From Cycas panzhihuaensis (taxonomy: Eukaryota; Plantae; Cycadophyta): a DNA stretch of 64,000 bases. A model generated the notes under the pieces. It did no database searches. It worked only from the letters and a program-made list of their open reading frames with translations, and had not been told where the DNA came from. Location: assembly GCA_023213395.1 (NCBI GenBank), contig CM041465.1:171437741-171501740 (forward strand). The letters run 5' to 3'. Numbering within the stretch: position 1 is the stretch's first letter; every line of letters begins with the position of its first letter. The position numbers and the translations under genes were made by a program. Below are positions 1-12,767 of this stretch, piece after piece.

Positions 1-1130
1 CATAATCCATGTATTAAACTTTATCTTCAACACTTGACCATAATGTTTTATTCATTGTGATTTATAGAAAATACTTTTTGACTTTGCCAAACAAGTGTGG
101 GACTCCTTCAATTGTGCTTCAATTTGTGCTTCCTTATTTTATTCTTAATTCCCATACTAACTCTTCCAATTTAAGGCCCTTAAGCTTCAACATTATTTCT
201 AGATTTTAAGCATAATTTATCAATGTTTATATAAAGAAACAACCATCTCGTAGAATATATAAGTAGCCAATCACTGCAAATACTAGTTTTTAAGGAAGTT
301 CTTCATATATATGGTTTATCTACATCTATAAATTTTCATGAGTTATTTATTTATAATCTTTCCATGTATTTACACTTATCATTGTGCATTATAAAAGTAG
401 GCCAAACTACCTAACTAAACAAATGCTAAGCCAAATGTTGTAGGGCCATAATATTAAAATTATTAACATGTAAGAAATAAGATTAAAATCAATATTTATA
501 AGGTTTTTAACAAAATAATAATCAATAGTTTGTATATTGACTTTTGAAAAACTTTGCACCTTTTCTATGGCAATTAGACTTTTATGTCTAGATTAAAATT
601 TCCTTTAATTATCTATTTTTCATCTAATATGTCTCTACCTTGCCACAATGGTATTAGACCTATTTGGGGTTATAATAGAATTACATTGTAGTAATCATAA
701 GTACTCCAATTAGAAGAATCCTTAGGTACCAATAGAGATTCCTAACTTATTTTTAAGTACATAGCATAATAAGAATTTGACCTTTGATGTGTGATGGATT
801 GGAGCATAAACTTAACATAGTGAATTTAGTGGAGGCAATTGAGAATATGCCAAACTTCCTATAATAATGTCAACATTTCTCTTTTAGAGCATATCACCAT
901 TAGCATTAGTAATTGATCCCATAATAGACTCATGAATATAAGAAGATTGAGGTGAGAAAAACATTAAATTTAGTGATTTGAGGTACAAATTTCCTAGTAA
1001 GTGCATTAGGTAGGTTCAATTTGAGCAAGCTTGTGACCCTCCAAAATAAGATAACACTGCCTACACTAGAGACTAACCACATCATATAAAACCAAAAGTA
1101 AAGCAATGATGAGTTTTCACAGTATACTAA
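1..1130 (-). mobile_element. Heavily degraded Ty1/copia RT-RNaseH remnant (partial, continues off the left edge)
   Basis: Near-identical to 30875-32000 and more distantly similar to 45394-45870. The reverse strand gives only residual RNaseH/RT-like motifs. No ORF. Confidence 0.4.
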
Positions 1131-1399
1131 ACAAATTAAAATAAATATCTAGGTTTTTAAAAAAATCCATTTTGAATATTCCATAGAGGAAAACATATTT
1201 CTTATTTAAATTTTTTGAGAACAAAACATGTTTACACATTTTACAATAATAATTAATCCTAGAGCTAAAATAGACCAAGAATCATCTAGATGAGGGAAAG
1301 AGACAATGTTAGAGTAGTATTTATAAATGTAATATTCAAGAAGGATAAAAGAATCATTTTTTACTATTTAGGAAGGAGAAAACACTAGCAAATTTTAAG

Positions 1400-2950
1400 C
1401 AAAATGTCAGTGGCTAGAAATGCTAGAGCTTTAATCAAGGAGTTATAAGTTTATAATGATTTATTATATCAAAAGGAGGATGGTGCATGTCGAAAAGGTG
1501 GAAACCAACTCAATATGTGGGAAGAATTAAATAACATATGGGATCCTCTTATCCAAATCAGTGATAACATCAACATGATAAAAGAGAAGGATAACCCAAA
1601 GTAAACAAATATAAACACATTGAGATTCTCCAGTAATGATAGTCACAAATATTCTATCATCATGTGAAATTACCCCTCTATTCTATAGATGGAGATATAT
1701 ACATAAACAAATAGCTAATAAAACTATTTAACTTAAGAACACTTAGCTTTAAGAAAGCATCAAACCAAGTGGATTTGGTCGTCTCTTAATTATAAGGTTT
1801 AATCTACGTATGGGTGATTAGTAGAAGGATCATCCTAAAATATTATTCTTTAACCAATTTAATGAAGATTTCATTAAATACACTAAGGAAAACTAGGGTG
1901 ATCTATATAAAATATAGTTAACTCATTACTTCTAGGGCAACATGATCTTGCTTGAATATATGATGATGTTTAAAGCATTGTAGATGGAGGCTAGAATTAA
2001 ATCTAGTAATGGCCTACCACTTTACTTGAGTAATATGAGGGTAGAAGCTTGAGAAGACATGTCATTTTGAGCTGGGGGCACTTCAAAAGGCCATATACAT
2101 GACACAATAGACTAAAAAATACTAACTAGTCATCTAAACCAACTAGATGGCACTCCAAAAGAAGTGATAAATATACATATAATTGAATAAGATAATGTCC
2201 AAGACCTTAGGGAGCCTGAATTTACTAGCTTCAAATTTTAGCTCACTTAAGATGGAAGATATGGAGAAATCTAAGAAAATAACATAAGGACTTTATTTTG
2301 ATTATGGATAAAAATGGGAAAGGTGACACTCATTAGTCTCTCCCAAACAAAAACAACTTCCTACTATAAAATTAGAGGATGATCAAGGTGAAGAATTATA
2401 GGATGTAGAAGAAAATCTTCTAAAAAATCAATAATACAAAGAAATTTTGAATACCCAAACCTTAGATGATGGGCATCCTGAAATCTCTATGATTACCATG
2501 TCTAGAATCTGATGATCCAATACCATTAAGATTTATGGATCTTTGAAAATAAATAGTATTAGTATTAATAGGCTTGGGAAACACTCACTACCTTATTAAT
2601 ATTAACATAACAAAAAATTTAAGCCTCTATATGGATAAGAAGAAGTCTTTCAACATTTTAATATTAGGAGGTAACTAGGTTACATGCGACATGGAAGTGA
2701 ACCATCAACAACTCTAACTAGGTAAGGTGATGATTATTATGGACTTCTATACTTTCAATATTAGAGGTTTTGAAGTTGCACTTAGGGTCAAGTGGCTAAA
2801 AACCCTAGGTATGTATGGTCATAATCATAATGAGAACTTTAATTACTTTTATATAAATGAGCAATTATATCAAGTTTTGGGGATCAGAACACTAAATATC
2901 TCTATTATATTGATTGAAAAGATGATAAAGTATATACTTTTCTTTACCTA
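1400..2950 (+). mobile_element. Degraded Ty3/gypsy gag-protease remnant
   Basis: ORF 2727-2966 reads DFYTFNIRGFEVALRVKWLKTLG, matching the gypsy protease-end consensus DF.vl.lgg.DvvLGv.WL.tLG. The region near 2520-2600 resembles T++i.G.....v.vLID.G.thnFI with frameshifts. Confidence 0.6.
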
Positions 2951-2959
2951 TTGGTTTAT

Positions 2960-5900
2960 TGAATAAATGTGCATATACTTATCTGATGATGATTTCGACC
3001 ATGGTTGATGGCTTTATAATTGTCCATACAAGCTCAATGAGTTAAGGAAAGGCTTCTTAGTACCCTTGCAAGACATGTATTATCCTTCTCTTCCTCCTAT
3101 TTACAATACTAATCTATTTTGTTCTCTTCTTTAGATGTTTCTTCATTTAAAACTCTTATATTTAAATACATTTTTTATTCTTATTATCATGGTTATTATC
3201 ATCTCATTTTGGTTTTTGTTTTTATTTTTGTAAAAATTCCATGTCTAGTATACAACAAAGTTTACCATGATACGACTTTAAAACTTCATGGCATCACTAA
3301 GAACTTCACAATACTAATTCTTTCATTTCTTTTTTTTTTGGCCCACTATTGGTCATGTATTTATGGTACCTAATAAGGTATCAACTCACTTTTTCCATCA
3401 AAACCATGGGCTATGTATCAGGTTGGCTTTAAAACCATAGGCTAATTAATGCTTCTAGCATTAATTATCCCCAAAAGCATGGGTAATTAGCCCATGGTGT
3501 TCCTCTTGACTATGGGTCCAAAACCATGGGTCCTAACTCATCTATCTTTCTATTTATACCCTCCATTTTTCATTGGAAAAGGGAGATTAATTTCTAAGCT
3601 AATATGTTATTATTATGCTACTAAAATTTATGCAAAAAATGCATAGCTTTCAAATCTGATTGGTTGAATTCCACTATTAGATCAAGGCTTTAATATTAAA
3701 CATTATTAGAGTACTCTTTGGATGGAGTAGAATGACACTCACATCTTCCCTTCACTTAGAATAAGGGTAACACCCCCCACATTGCCAAGATTTTCTTCCT
3801 TCTTCTAATACTTTATTTACTTACTTTTATGGCATTAAATTACCCTCTTTTATGCTTGTTATTTGCTCTAATTTTAGTTCTTTTGTCTTTGCATACTTAA
3901 CTTTCTTTATAGTTGGCATCTTATAGAGGAAAAAATAGGCTCAATATTGCTTATTAAGGTCAAAAAAGGGTGGCAAAATAGCCATTTCTGACACCCCTCT
4001 TTATGCCATTTCCTTTGCTTATTTTAAGTCGATATTTTAGCTTTAGTTTGTAAGATTTTTCATCTATCTACTATAGACTTTGTTAGATACTAATCAATGT
4101 AGGTGGAGGAGCTTTCCTAAAGATTTGAGTGCAACTTAGAGTGTGCTTAGAGTAACTAAAGAAATCCCTTCCTTCTCTTTCATTCATTCAACTCAAACAA
4201 ATAAAGTGCTTATTAGACAGTCATTGTGCTATCAAAATTTTCTCAGATAGCTATAAAGGTTAGTATCTTAAAGTAGCTTTTAAACTTTTTTTTAGTATAG
4301 GTCAATCTAATAAGCAAAAATATTATTAAAATTTTCCTAGAATTTATTTATAAACACATTTACCTAATCTTATTTTTCATGTATTGGTAATTCAAAAAAT
4401 TGTGAATAAAATTTACTAAAAAAAAGGGTAAAATTAGATATTTAGAATATTATTCTTAGTATTCCTTAAACCTTTCCTTTTATAAATTCAGTTTTGAAAA
4501 CAAAAAACATTTAAAATATTACTTTATTTCATAGTTTTATTTAACAAAAAGGATTAGGAAAAGAGTTTACACTTATTGTATACTCATTGTTGCCTATTCT
4601 TCCCTTACCTCACATGTAGATTTTCATTAAAAAAGAAAAAAAGGTTTATTAAAATTATCAAAAAAGAAGGTTTAGAAAGAATATTTCTCTTTTGCATATT
4701 ACATTTGCACTTGCATTTTGGTATGTATCTTTTCAAAGACCTAATGAGGAAGAGGTTTTCACCTGTTGTGAGTCTTTGAATATGTGGGGCTATACTTATA
4801 TTTTTTAGGTTAGATTATTTATTACTTGTATGCAACTAAAATTATATGACTAGTAGTATTTAAATTATTTATTATATTCTCCTCTTAGTCACTTATAGGC
4901 TTTAGGGTCTTCTTTTTGTTGAAGAGAGGGGATAGTCATCTTTCTACATCGGTTTCATTATCATATGAGAAGGATTATTTTATGCTCTTAGGCATTAAGT
5001 CTCTAATCTATGTTCTAAATAGGTTGTTGAAGGGTGCCTATCTCCACCATATGTTCATGCATAGGATGTTCATAATTTAGTGAGTTTCATTTATACTATT
5101 GATAATGATGACCTCTTATATTTCAACCTCTTTGATCTTGAGGTACATTAGAATCACCAAACTGTATTACACTTGTGTGAGTGCTATCATTAGTAGAAGA
5201 GTCTTTATTGACTTATTCATCAGTGAATCTATCATATAGTCTTGGTTCCTTTAGATACCTTATTTTGGATAGTTCTTTTCTTGGTTCTTTTATATTGATT
5301 CTATTAAGTTAGGTTCATGTTGGAGCCATGATTAAGATGGGTCAATTTATTTGGGTGGTTATAGTTGCATAAAATAGGCACATAGTTACATAAGTACTTT
5401 TCGGAAACTCATACTTGATCGATCCCTTTATAATGTGAGGGTTGTTGTTGTGTTGTTTGGCCCTTCTAAGGGCATTGGGTATCTTATTTAGTTAATATTA
5501 TCTTAGTCTTTGCAGTTGATTTTTAGTTCATCTCCTTGTCTAATGCACAAGTTATCTCATCTGCCTACTTATATTATACATTTTAATTGTTAATTGGTTT
5601 TACTTATTATTTTAATCTCTCTTTATTTTTCTATTTTTCTAACACATAGACATACCTATATTTTACCCTTAGATCAATATAGTAAACACATTAGACATCA
5701 TCCTTACACTTGTGTATAAGAGATGCATGAGTGCTCTATAGGAAGCATATGCTCATACCCCTCCCAAATTGGATCCTTGTTTACCCTTTGGGTCCATTCT
5801 AAGGTTTTGTTTATACGTCCTCTCCTCCTATCTACCTGTGTTCATTAGTAACCATATTGGAGACTCACCAATATAATGTTATCTTCATATTATATTAATA

Positions 5901-8558
5901 ATTCTTCTTCTTTTCCTTATTCAAATCCTTTGAGATAGGGTGAGACTCCATTTAGTTTATAACTCATCTTTATGAAGAGCCCTCATAATTATCCTATATC
6001 TTTAGAGTCTAGATGTATACCATAACTTTAGACCTTCTTCATTGTTTTCTTTTACTTCTTGTATATGATGATATTCTCATCATCTTAAAGGCCTTCCTCC
6101 ATTTGCCTCTAATATTTTGCATCCATCTAGTCCCTCACATGTTGAGCACTCCTTAATGGCAGGCTAGATCCTACTTAAGTGGTCTACAAATCCCTTTTAG
6201 GCCCAACACCTAAACTAGTTACAAGAGTTTTACTTAACACAAGATCTATATCAAGCCCAAGATATATACCAAGCCTACATGTAGGATTGGCCTTAAGTAG
6301 TTGATACTTATGTATTATAGGTGCTTTATCAAGAAGAAGTAGATCCTATGTACTAGCTATATGAAGTAAATTAAGACCCCACTAAGTCTCTAACGTACAT
6401 CATTAGATCCACCACCTAACTCCATGACCTTTCTTAAACCCCAAAGTTAAAACTCAAGCCTTTACCTTTGATCAGACCCAAGATGGTGAGTAGGTTCCCA
6501 ACCCACTTCAGATATAATCCACTCTATTCGATACTAACACCATCGTTAGAGTATAATACAAAGTAGTTGTAACAATAAATCTTACTTTAATTTAGGCTTG
6601 CCATTTATTTGGGATTGCGCCTACATTTGTCTTATCCATTTCCCAACCTCAATAGTAAGTAGCCTTATAATAGTAGACTACTTCCCAACTAGTAGCACCA
6701 TCTACCCCTCCACTTATCCACCCATCCACCCCCAAATCGATAATACCCCTATTTATGGGTCCTATTTTAATAGTAATGCCCTAATCTATCATATATGTTT
6801 CCCCTGTTATCCCACCAATGAGTGGGCTTCATACATCTATTCAGTAACTAATAGTTATATGGACTACTCCTATACCTCTAGTTTTTTCTCATCCTCATCC
6901 GATAGAACTATTAAGGATGCCCCACTCCCTCCATGTCCCATTCATCCTATCCAACCCATCCCCTAACCTAGCTAACCCTCCTTTATATTGCATAGGTATG
7001 TTGCCTAATAGTGGGGATAAGGTGGGCCTCATCCTCAACCTACATTTAGAGTTAATCCACTTTACCCATATGGAGTTGCCCCACTGATTAGAGGCCTATA
7101 TGGTTTGAACTCAATTCCACATCCTCCATCTTATCTTTTACCACTTTACCAAACCACGTCTATTTGTTCTCAAGTATATAAATTATCCTACCAAGTTGTA
7201 TGCCCCTAATCCACCAATGTTTATTAAGGTCTTAATATCTAGCCTTATTAGACTTGACCTAGGCCTACACCTATCTTATCTCATATAACTGTACCTTATG
7301 GAGTAACTACATAGGTTGGTGTTCCTTATCAAGCCCCCTCCTTTGGTACCTCAATATATAGGGGACCTATTCTATATATACCCAACCCCTATGCCCAAGT
7401 AATAACTACTTATCAACCTAAAACCATCTCTTAAACTATGCCATCATGCCAAGCCTACCAACAAGTATATACATCTTATGTGGGAAGCCAAACATACTTA
7501 GTTTATCCATCATAAAAAATATTTTTACTAGTTAATCATCTAGCTTAACTTGGTATACATCCCTTTAATGATTATAGGACCAACCAGTTCTCCCTTGAGG
7601 CCCCTGGAACTAATTTGTTGCCTATCCCCTTATAAGTACCCAACGTTGAATGCAATTCATCCTAAGACCTTAGAGATCATGTTGAGTTTTTTACCATGGC
7701 ATGTATTGATTATTGGTTGTATCCTAGGTCCCTTAAGGGGATACCCTTAATTAGTTTTATTATTTGTCCTTCCAGTCCATTCATTGCTTTTAGTAATTGG
7801 TAGATACCTTCGTAAATTATTTTGATGTGTCATACCCTTTTAATAGTGGCTCTAAAGCCTTTCTCTCTCTTAAACAAGGCCATGATGAGGTCAACAGAGA
7901 CTTCATGCACTATTTTTCTAATTTACTCCACCTAATTAAGGCTACTCTACCTAAAGACTTGAAATGAAATATCTTTGTTAATGTTCATTATCCTAAGTTC
8001 ATGTAGAAGATTTTAAGATGGGAACAACTACATGTGACTCTGCTATTACTAAGTGTATGTATTTGGAATCCATCAAGATCCAAGTAGGGTTAAAGAAGGC
8101 CAATAAAGCCTTCCTACAATGAGAGGCCAGCGTTTGCTATAACACCAAAGGTCCCAACCATTAGCTTTAAGGCCTATTATCAATAATGCTAACATGACCA
8201 TAGACTTCTTAACCTCTATAGTTTGTTCTTTTAAGCAAGTATTAAGAGATTTAAAGTTGTAACCATCCTAAAGCCAAGCCAAGCTACTTGCTCCCTTACA
8301 TGGGTATATGCCAGTTCTCTAAGCGACCCAGTTATTTCCTAAATTAGGGGTACTACTGCTACCCTTCCTTAGGATAAAAGGAATTTATAATTGGCCTTGA
8401 TTAAAACTAAGTTGACAATCTTATTCTAAAAGGACATAGAAATGTTGATTGGGTTGGTTGCCAAGACTTGTGCCATTTCATATTAGGGTACTGCTTTGAC
8501 ACAAACTTGACTGTAATCTCTTAGAGCTACAAGAAACAACCAAATGTTGCTCTCTCCT
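2960..8558 (+). mobile_element. Degraded retroelement (probable gypsy LTR/leader plus Pro-rich gag)
   Basis: Pro/Tyr-rich low-complexity pseudo-coding stretch at 6600-7600, then a gag-like 'KQGHDE..RDF' near 7870. Boundaries uncertain. Confidence 0.35.
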
Positions 8559-11500
8559 TGAGGTGACACAAGCTAGTCACACTCATAAACATGAGGCAAG
8601 ATTGGTTAAGATTTAATATATCCAAATGCTAATTAATTAATAATTGATAAATGATGAATGATATTTGATATTTCATAGATCCAATATATTTATAGTCCAT
8701 CTATGGAAGGTTATGTTCATTTACAAATAGATATGACTCTTCACTTAATTTAATTATGATTATTTATGCCTAAATATACCATTTAGGCTCATTACAAGCT
8801 CTCCACTCTTGAAAGGCTTCATCCTCAAAGCCTACTTAAATAGAATAGTCTTCATATGAGCAACATGATGTTGTATAGATTTATGAGATTCACATGTCAA
8901 TTTAAATCACAATAGAATTAAACATGTGATTCAAAAGATACTTTGTCCTAGATTCTCATTAATCTTTTATTAAACCATGGTATTATAGACCATTGTCTTC
9001 TAGTTTGATAAGACTTCTGGCTTTGTGATAATGGCATGGTATATTTATTTATTAAGTAGATTGTTGTTAAGAAATCCCAACGAATCTTCCACTCAATATT
9101 ATGATTAGGTATCTTAATTTTTTCAGATTTTTATTGATTTTCTATTGTACTTTAAATTTCGATTATGGACATATCTAATTTGATTTCTTCAACTTTTATA
9201 GGAATAAAAGGAATATTGATGATGGTTCTCAAACAAATGATAGTATTTGGGCAATATTAAAGTGACCATATTATAAGATCTTTTTTCTATATATTTATAT
9301 TACTATTTGGTGTCAATTTTTTAGATTTGTCATCATTAGTTATTAATCCTAATTTATTGATATTGGGAGGAGTAACATATTTGTTGCCATCAATGTTAGG
9401 AGTTAATTTTTCACTGGATGGTTTATTTTCTAATGGAATAATTTGGTGATATATTTTATCATTAGATTCCTATTTATTGATATCTTTAGTGGAAATGATA
9501 TGACGAGTAGGGATATCTCATTTTTAAATTCTCTAGTTATCATCTTTATCTACATGTGAAAATGGTTTTTTTAGAACCTTCAAATTATTGTTCACATCAC
9601 GTTCTTGGTTTTTTATCACCTTCATTAATATGTTTGGATGTGCATCCTTTTAGAAGTTTATTAATTCTTGATTCTTTCTCAGTTGTGCTTTTTCCTTTTG
9701 AATTATTACTAGCAATATCATGTCATTAAGGCTTATTAGTTTCATAGAAGAATCTAGTTATGATTGATGTTCGAATGTCATTTGATGAGGGGGGCTTTAC
9801 TTCATCTATTTTTCACTTCACTAGATTTTCTTTAGGGCTCAATTCAGTAGTAAATTCTATTTGTACTTTAGGAACAATAGTGTCCTTCTCTTTAAATTGA
9901 TTTTTAAATGCTATTGAGAATAGTTCCTAGGTTATAGTTTTATGGTTTTCATTTTTTAATTCTTGTGACTAATTTTGCCACCAATTGAATGCCATTTTAT
10001 ACATGTGTAGTGCGGTATATAATATTTTTTTCTTCATCATTTATGATGTTTTGATGTAATAAAAAGTCTTCTAGCTCTTACAACCATTTGAGGGCATACT
10101 CCTTTAGCCCATAGAACTGAGAGATGCTAAACTTTTTCTTAATCTTTAATCTATCGAGTAAAGTAATCATAATTTGATGTATTCAACTTTTGACATGTCT
10201 TGTCTATGTGTTGGATTTAAATAGTCTAATTCTTTCAAATATTTTGATAAAGAATATTCCATGGTAATGTTTTAAAAGTAATATCATCGTTATTTTTATG
10301 TTATATTATATAGATATTAGATGAGATGATGTAACATAAGTTATGGTTTAGGTATAAATAATAATTGATATGAAAGTAGGTTAAGCCTCTTAATCAGTAC
10401 AATATATTAGGATTGCATTAGCATACACACAATTCTAACTCTAAACTTAATAAATGAATAATATATTTATGTCATTGGTCCTTTGATTATGATTATATAT
10501 GTATCACTATACTACCTTATGTAGATGTAGGTAAGGTAACTATGGCCTTTCTTAAAAGCACTTAGAATATTTGATAGTCAAAAAGATTAATTTGATCATA
10601 TAAGTGATGTGATTTGATAAGTGATTATAAGTTCTTATAAATAATTTATGTTAAATAATAATATGAACAATTCTAAGATAAATATGAAGAACAATGTGCA
10701 GTATATTTAACTATTGAAATATATTATGAATATATGATATATAAGTGTTAATAATGATATGGAAAGTGATTATATCATATATTTTAGTATTTATGAATAA
10801 TGGCACAAATGCTAAAAGATAAATATAAATAATTATAAATGAATATACATAAGTAATGCATAATATATTTAGACTGTTGAGATATATTATAAATGTATTA
10901 TATATATGAGAATTTTTTTTTTTTTAATAAGTCACATATAAAAAGTATGAAGAAAGGGGTGGCGAATAAAATAAAGAAAAGTGATTTTCAGAAATGGTGT
11001 ACCATATTATTAAGGCAACTATGTATAATATAATATGTCGATTGAATATAGGTAGTGATACTGGTATTATTAATGCTATCATAATATTATTCCATATATT
11101 ATTTATACACACTATAAATGGGCTAGATGGACATAAAAAGACTGAATACTAATGATTTATTTACCAAACAATGGATAGTATAAAGAACTAAACAACCTAA
11201 GAGGATAGCCTAACAGATGACCGTTGAAATGATGGCAAATAACATACTATGATGATGAGTGACAAATTTTGGCTATGTATCACAAGTAGATATCTAGCTA
11301 AGTGGTGGACGATAAGAATTTTATACAGGTGATTATTTTTAATGGTCATTGATATATTAATATAAATGTGTAAATAAACATTAAAGTGATTAATATTGTA
11401 TAATAGTTTATACAATATTATACGAATGGAGTAATATAATTGATAATTATGAGTGCCCTCCTATACTTTTATATGGTTACATGCTATGAATATATATGGC

Positions 11501-11679
11501 ATACAACATTATTGGTTTATGCCTCTAGCAACAATGACACTGTAAGCTCTTACAGAAGACTTGATCATAATTTTTTTATTTTATTTGTAGTACCAAGCTC
11601 TTGTATTAGTTAAATTCAATTGTAGGTGTTTGGCACTAAGGTGTGATGTTAAATAAGATATTATCGCATTGTTGAAGTG

Positions 11680-11734
<55 letters not shown>

Positions 11735-12005
11735 ATTTATAGCACTATCAAAATTTAGGCCTCGATACCACTTGAGGTGACCCAACCTATTTACGCTCAA
11801 AAATAGGAGGTAAGGTTGGTCAAGATTGAATATACACAAAGGATAATTGATTAATAATTAATAAATGATGAATGGTGTTTGATATTACATTGACCCAATA
11901 TATTTATAATCTATCTATGGAAGGTCGTTTCCATTTACAAATAGACATGACCCTTCACTTAATCTAATTATAATTGTTTATTCTTAAATACACCATTTAG
12001 GCTCC
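8559..12005 (-). mobile_element. Non-autonomous/deleted Ty3/gypsy LTR element with both ~235-bp LTRs
   Basis: Direct repeats at 8559-8796 and 11773-12005 (both start tgaggtgac and share atttaggctc, roughly 80% alike). Reverse-strand iMet-type PBS tggtatcgaggcc at 11758-11770. Reverse-strand gypsy-type 3' end/PPT (tttgaggatgaagcctttcaagagtggagag) just right of 8796. Gag-like 'WW' remnant near 9980. Confidence 0.75.
11683..11731. repeat. (AT)n microsatellite, ~24 units
   Basis: Pure AT dinucleotide run next to the PBS. Confidence 0.97.
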
Positions 12006-12767
12006 ATGGAAGTTGAATACAAAGTAATTATTCATGTCAACACTATAATAATTTGGCTATGTAAGATTTTTGTAGAGCTTGGACTTCATCAGACTCAAGC
12101 CACCACTCTCTTTTCTAATAATCAAAGTGTTTTGAAGATGACTAAGAATCTTGTCTTCCATATCAGAACCGAACACATAGAAGTCCATCATTACTTCATC
12201 TATAAGCATATGCAAAATGGAGAAGTTGACTTAGTATACTAACTGACTAAGGACCAAGTGATAGATATCTTCACTAATAACTTAGGAGACCAAATTTCAA
12301 AAGGTTTTGGCATGACCTCGATGTCAAAACAAATAGAGTTGTCATTGAGGGAGGTGTTAAAACATTTAACAACACCTTATTTATAATTATATTTTTATGC
12401 ATCTTATATCATTGATGTGCCATGATGTAATTCAAATGTAATGTAATATTATCTCATATCTATCCCCTTACAAAAAAATAGGCTAATAATATTTGCCTGT
12501 TATATCAATCACTGAGATTTATTTGTAAGGCATATCTTCATCTCTAAATTAGACCTAAGCACCCTCATTTATATATTAAATTATTATATATACAAAAGCT
12601 CTATCAAAATATAGATCGACGGTGTAATTAGTTTACCCGTCGTAGTTCTTTGTTATCAATTTGCCTTATGCTGTTGTCTATTGTATATTATTTATATTGT
12701 TCCTTCTTTTATATCTTTTATATTTGTACACACATATGTTATCTTGATCTTGTTTATGAATTTTACA
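12006..12767 (+). mobile_element. Ty1/copia 3' remnant: RNaseH, PPT and 3' LTR (12355-~12767)
   Basis: ORF 12006-12242 reads EVEY...IWL..ELG..NNQS..KNLVFHIRTEHIEVHHYFI (copia RNaseH). PPT tgagggagg, then LTR tgttaa...tttaca abutting a gypsy integrase. Confidence 0.8.

Noticed and set aside
3119-3373. Hydrophobic small ORFs present in two or three copies (33984, 36085, 19230/41760)
   Set aside because: TTG starts and T-rich composition. Their recurrence is explained by segmental duplication.
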